Positions 24,262-31,019 of a stretch of DNA of 31,019 nucleotides are shown in pieces. The notes under the pieces were generated by a model that was given only the letters and a program-made list of their open reading frames with translations, had not been told where the DNA came from and did no database searches. Numbering within the stretch: the stretch's first letter is position 1; each line of letters begins with the position of its first letter. A program made the translations under genes and the position numbers. Source of the stretch: Eledone cirrhosa (lineage: Eukaryota); contig CAXHJY010001598.1 in assembly GCA_964016885.1 (NCBI GenBank), positions 1 through 31,019 on the forward strand, read 5' to 3'.

Positions 24262-25471
24262 ATTACAAGGAAAAATGCGGGCGCATGTAAAGAAATATTC
24301 TTAAATTAATAAACCTAGACAAGTAAAGGACAAGTTATTACACCTGGAAAAGTAAAGGACAAGAAAACTTCTTAAAACTTCTTAAAATATTGCAGCTATA
24401 GTATAAATTTGAATAATAAAAAATATTTGATTTAAATATACATAGAAAGTGATAAATTCTAATAATACAGTTGACTCTCTAATTGATAATAATACTAATT
24501 TATGATCATTTATTTAATTTTGTGATCCTAATTTACACCATAGTGGTTGGGTCATTAAATAAATATACTTTATTTTACTTTACTAAATGGGACTAAAAAA
24601 ATGAGTGACAATTATAAACATCAAATAAAACAAAATTTTGGCGTGTAAATGACACTAACAATTAATTAATAATTAATTAGGGAGCCAACTGTAAGGATAA
24701 ATAATAACAAATTATAATTGTTTAATAATGAAATTTAAGACCTGTCATAGATCAAAATAACCAATCTACATTTTTAGGTAGAGTAAAATTAGACTACAAT
24801 TAAAAATTAAACATTGTCTAATTCAACAGTTCATCTAATGAATTGATGAATTCACTATAATTGATTGATTCACTATAAATGAATAATTGATGAATTGACT
24901 TTTACCTAATTTTGCCCCTTGAGATGTTGAATTTTACTATATTATAAAAAAAATCTGTAATACTCATAAAAAGTGCAATTATATGATGCACTGTTTTTGA
25001 TTTATTTTACTGCATTATTTTATAACTAAATTTTTAAAAATATAATTTGAATAAGAGTGAAAATTTTTAAATATCTTATAATATAAATTAATAAATTGTA
25101 CATATTAATTATTATTATTATTATTAATTAATTATTGTACAAATTATTGTACAAATTTTATTTTAAAAAGATTAATTTGTATACACCAAGAAAAAAATTA
25201 AGTATACAGTAGTCAACTCTCCCTATAAGACAGTCATTTTTCCAGTCCTTTAAAGTGATATTTTTTTTAACAATTAACTTATAATTATTTATTTTTAGTT
25301 TTATAATCTAAATATTTTTTTTCAAATTTAGACTTTAGCTGCAAATTTAGACTTTAGCTGCAAAGTTTTCTTGTCCTTTACTTTTCCAGGTGTAATAACT
25401 TGTCCTTTACTTTTCTAGGTTTATTAATTTAAGAATATTTCTTTACATGCGCCCGCATTTTTCCCTGTAAT
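24262..25471. repeat. Foldback/MITE-like element: ~109-bp inverted repeats (24262-24370 / 25363-25471; diverged extension to ~24436 / ~25300) around an AT-rich core
   Basis: ATTACAAGGAAAAATGCGGGCGCATGTAAAG... versus ...CTTTACATGCGCCCGCATTTTTCCCTGTAAT, about 2 mismatches. Confidence 0.8.
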
Positions 25472-25577
25472 CCACTTTTTTTCCAGGCAATGCAAGGATA
25501 TATTAATATTAAAAATATTTATCAACAAATAAGTTAAATAAATAATAATGAATAGGAAGAAGTGCAGATAGGAAAAG

Positions 25578-25650
25578 TAATCAGGGTGGGAATCGAACCC
25601 ACGACCTTCGGATTGCCGGTCCGCTGCTCTACCGACTGAACTACCTGACC
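25578..25650 (-). tRNA. tRNA-like gene or pseudogene, anticodon GGC (Ala-type), 73 nt
   Basis: GGTCAGG TA GTTC AGTCGGTA GAGC A GCGGA CCGGCAA TCCGA AGGTC GTGGG TTCGATT CCCAC CCTGATT A. A and B boxes are intact and TTTT lies 2 nt downstream. Atypical features are C33, G1-U72, G2-U71 and G27-A43. Confidence 0.7.
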
Positions 25651-25942
25651 ACAATTCACTATTGCACAATCTATGACTATTTTAATTAGAAACAAAATAA
25701 GCGTTACTTATGTATGTAGTTCCTTATACTCTTTTGGTCCTCACTTATTTTTATGTAACTTTTTTTCTACTGAACCAAATTTCAATATTTTTATGTCAAA
25801 AAGTAGCTTATCTGTGGTCCTATGAAGTGCAAAGAACCGCATCCAATTCTAGCAAAATTGAATTAGTGACAAAGCTTTGAAGGTGTCGCGAGTGACTGAA
25901 ATGGGACCTTAAGAATATTATACACCTACTACCGTAGGTGTA

Positions 25943-26440
<498 letters not shown>

Positions 26441-27489
26441 CTAAACCTGCCAGTAGGAGAAAGAGGGGAGGGTGTGGAGTAGACCCAATCAGGCGTTTGT
26501 AGTGCCAGCTACAGCTGGGCATGAGGTCAAAGAAGATACAGGGGAGGGGGAGGGGGAGGAAGTCGGAACGGTAGGGAGAACAATGGGGGGTAGAAATATA
26601 TAGGAAAGAAAAAATACTGAGAGTGAAGAAAAGCAAATAAGTGTAAAGAAAAACAAATGAGTGTAAAGAAAAAAGTAAAGTAAATTAAATTCTACGACCT
26701 AGGTCTCTAGCTATTGTTAGGCTAGAATAAATAAATAAAGAAAGAAAGAAAGAAGTAAAGAAAGAAATAAAGAAATAACGAAATAAGTAAAAGAACTAGG
26801 TGGGACAGAATAGGCGAGGACCCTTTTAAGAGGTATAAGTACGTAAATGATACGGTGACGGGTCAACAAAAGGGGCCAAAATACTAAAGAGACTACCACG
26901 AAATAAACAATAAAGGTTTCCATCCCGGGCACAATTCCAGCAACCACCCAGTGCAGCAAAGTGAACTAATACGAGATAATAATTCTGAGTCCCGAGAAAA
27001 ATATATACTAATGCTAACTCTAAAAGATCTAAAACAAGCTACATGAAAGTTCGTACGAAGTAAAGGTAGAATACGGAAAAATAAATTCAGAATCCACCCC
27101 GCCCAAAAGAAAAGCGAAGAAAGAAATACTGAAACGAAAAAATAAGGCATAAGTGCCACTAAGAAATATAGAGGGTTCAGAGAATAGTGGGAGCGGTCGG
27201 AAAAAGGGGACAAGTATCCGGGGTCTAAACCAACTGCTATAAAGGGCGGAGTCCGCCAAATCTATCCTAGACTAGGGTAGAGGGTGGGGGTACTAAGGCT
27301 ACAAGGGGCCAAAGGGCAGCCTCGGGTGGGCGAGAAAAGACGCCGACAAAGGAGAAGAGCTGGGGTAGAAGGACTAAGGAGAGAGGGGGGAAGGAAGGAA
27401 ATAAAGGAAGCGATAAAAGAATACAAAGAAGATCTTACGTCTCCATTGGCAAGCAGGGGTTACCCATTGCAAAATCTGCAAGTGGGGTG

Positions 27490-29508
27490 TTATAGCCCTA
27501 GTCTACCCCCCGGGTCATTATGGGGTTTGAGGGCGAGGTAAGTCCTACGCAATCTATGTTTACATGCAGTAACCAGTTCATCTTTCTTGTTTAGGAGTTG
27601 GTCCGTCGAAAACAGCATTTGTAAAGTTTCCTCCGAGCATAAATTGCACGGACGGCGTCCTCCCGTGTAAGAATTGGCTCTGGACAGTAATCTCCAAGTG
27701 AGATCATAGGTGATGTTGTTGTCCTTGAGGTCCCATATGTGGCCCGAAAGTGTAGTGGCGTGACGCCGGGCCGGGTTTCGGAAGGTATGTCTATGTTGGT
27801 ATAGCCGGGTCTTGAAGTCACATGCGGTAAGTCCTATATAGGCTTTGTTGGAGGTATCCGTCCTCACGTTGCACTGGTAGATCACATTACGGTCTCTGCA
27901 TCTATTGTCGAGTGGGCAAATAGATCTATCCGGGCAGTTACACCTCCTGGTCGGTTCTCCACTGCTATTTAGGTTATTTCTGCCATCGGGTTGAGTTTTT
28001 GTTGTTAGAGGAGACGATGTTTTGTGCGAAGTTTGGTGTAGTGCTGTAAGAGAGTTTGATGGTATTTTGTTAATTATGTTGTGGTAGCGGTGTTGTAATG
28101 GGAAGTGTTTTTCAATGAGCCTAAAGAATAGTTTCCCGATGGGAGTTGTCACATCTGCGTTGTGGGGAGGATTGAACCATGTTACATTGCGTGAGCGGCG
28201 GTGTCTCCTGCTGGTTCCGCTAATGGGAGCTGGACAGTAGGATATTTCCTCCCCGGAAACCACTCCGCTTGAGGGCCTGGTTGTAATAAGGCGCATGTTC
28301 ATCGAATATCCGCTCATTAGCTGACAAACGGGATATGCGGAGGGAGATGTTTTTGACCAGGTTGTTTGTGATGTTCCTAGGATGGTTTGATCGGTGGTGG
28401 ATGTAGTGTATATTATCATTAGGTTTCCTGTATGGGTAGTACAGGTCGTTTTCGAGGTCGAGGGTCACGTCCAGGAAGTTTACTCTGGTCAGGGACGTTT
28501 GTAGGGTTATTTTAAATCCCCAGTCGCGGAAGAATCTGATTAAATGTTTCCGGACCCGATCTGTACTACTGGGGTTGTACCCTTTAAGGGTAAGGAGCCC
28601 ATCATCACGGTACAATCCACCACCGAATGCAGGAAACATATCAGTGAGTTTGGCTATTAGGAATAATCCTATAAGATCTGTGACCTCCGCCGAATCCGTG
28701 GCGCCCATGCTGACGTCGAAGTGTGAGTCGGGAGCTCTTTTTATCCATTTAGAGTCGTCAAAGAGTAAGACTGTCTTCCTGGCGTGGAGGATGATTTTTC
28801 TTTCCTGGTCGGTGATGGGCACAAGTGTTTCGGCGAAGTCCAAGGCGGCAGTAAGTAGCGGTAAGGTGATTGAAGCATAGTAGCTCTCTATGTCGAACTG
28901 TATGAATTTAGTTTCTCGTTTATCCTCCATATTGCTGAACCAGGAGATTACTTCCTGGGTGTTGATCCATAGGCTAAGTCGGGTGTGTTGCTTGACTTTT
29001 GGTATCACGCGGTCTAGGATTTTTTTGCTGATTCTCCCTATGTCGGACTTCGTTGGGTTAATAAGCCTGATAGAGGGTTTACGGTCAAAATCGGATTTAT
29101 GGTCCTTCAGTGTGAAGTATGGTGTCCGTGGGTCTAGAGGTTCCGTGCGGTCGGCGACCCCGAGGCTGGAAGTGATTTGTTGTCCATCTCGATTTATGTC
29201 CTCGATGCAAGAGTGGTTGGCCTTTTTATAGGTGGAGTTTAGGCTGCTCCTGATCAGTGTGTGGTATCTGCCAGGGTTGACAAAGTATAGGTTCCCAGTT
29301 TAACCGAATGCACCATGATGTCATTTGTGTTATCATACTCTGTAAGGTTGCTACGGAGTTTTTGTAGGAATCGGTTGTGTCTGGGTTTAAATTTAATGTT
29401 CTTGACCAGTTGGAAGAGGTCATTCTCGAAGGGTGCGAGCAAGGGGTTCAGGGGCGGAGATTTGTAGGTAATAAATCCGAATCTCTCCTTGGTGCCGATT
29501 TTTGACAA
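27490..29508 (-). pseudogene. PLE polyprotein: reverse transcriptase plus GIY-YIG endonuclease, with several frameshifts (~29300, ~28255, ~28065-28010)
   Basis: Motifs KERFGF..PP...FENDL, TLKDHK, RLINPTKSDIG, FIQFDIESYYASI, FDVSMGATDSAEVTDLIG, LYRDDGL (28601-28612), NFLDVTLDL, SNHP, TWFNPP, CNC...CPLDNRC..NVIYQC...YIGLT...FKTRLYQH, CNLC.EE, LLNKKDELVTACKH. Confidence 0.93.
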
Positions 29509-29531
29509 TCACTTTGACCATATATGGAATT

Positions 29532-29625
29532 ACCCCTTGAGAAGATCGGCTATTTAAATACCAGGATAAATTTTCATTTAGTCCAGAATTAGCCGTCGAA
29601 ACGGCTTGAGCTCAGCTGTCGGGGT
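29532..29625 (+). ncRNA. Large type I hammerhead ribozyme, U3:A8 variant, antisense to the PLE ORF
   Basis: Stem I ACCCC/GGGGT, core TTGAGAA (29537-29543), stem II GA(T)CGGCTATTT/AATTAGCCGTC with ~31-nt loop, GAAA, stem III ACGGC(T)TGA-GC-TCAGCTGT, GUC site (C29620). Confidence 0.72.
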
Positions 29626-29636
29626 CTTACTGGTTC

Positions 29637-31019
<1,383 letters not shown>

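Noticed and set aside
27490-29508. Selenocysteine recoding or N-terminal-EN (Naiad-type) PLE
   Set aside because: The endonuclease is C-terminal and the Cys motifs are encoded normally. The interruptions are frameshifts, not in-frame TGA.

Overview
This is repeat-saturated, AT-rich eukaryotic DNA. It is animal, and the SINE family suggests a mollusc, probably a cephalopod (inference). No host protein-coding gene can be supported. Most ORFs in the track are artefacts of (TA)n/(TG)n/(TAG)n microsatellites. The real coding remnants are all retroelements: (i) a frameshifted Penelope-like element (PLE; YRDD RT plus C-terminal GIY-YIG, Hydra-clade-like) at ~26.4-29.6 kb (-), and a second GIY-YIG fragment at ~7.9-8.3 kb (+); (ii) a 5'-truncated I-group LINE (RT, RNase H, Zn knuckle, (AAC)n tail) at ~17.0-19.9 kb; (iii) RTE and CRE 3' fragments; (iv) about 10 tRNA-derived SINE pieces. 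The most striking hidden layer is a set of about 11 hammerhead-ribozyme (HHR) motifs from about 9 different short non-coding elements (PLE pseudo-LTR/retrozyme-like). They are inserted in (TA)n tracts, several form near-perfect DNA palindromes (arms up to 195 bp), and some carry U3:A8 or U10.1-U11.1 core variants. A GAGYRC hexamer recurs about 51 nt from the 3' end of several unrelated families. There is also a full cloverleaf tRNA-like gene with an unusual GGC anticodon next to a 1.2-kb foldback element. All folds and alignments were done by eye, and coordinates may be off by a few bases.
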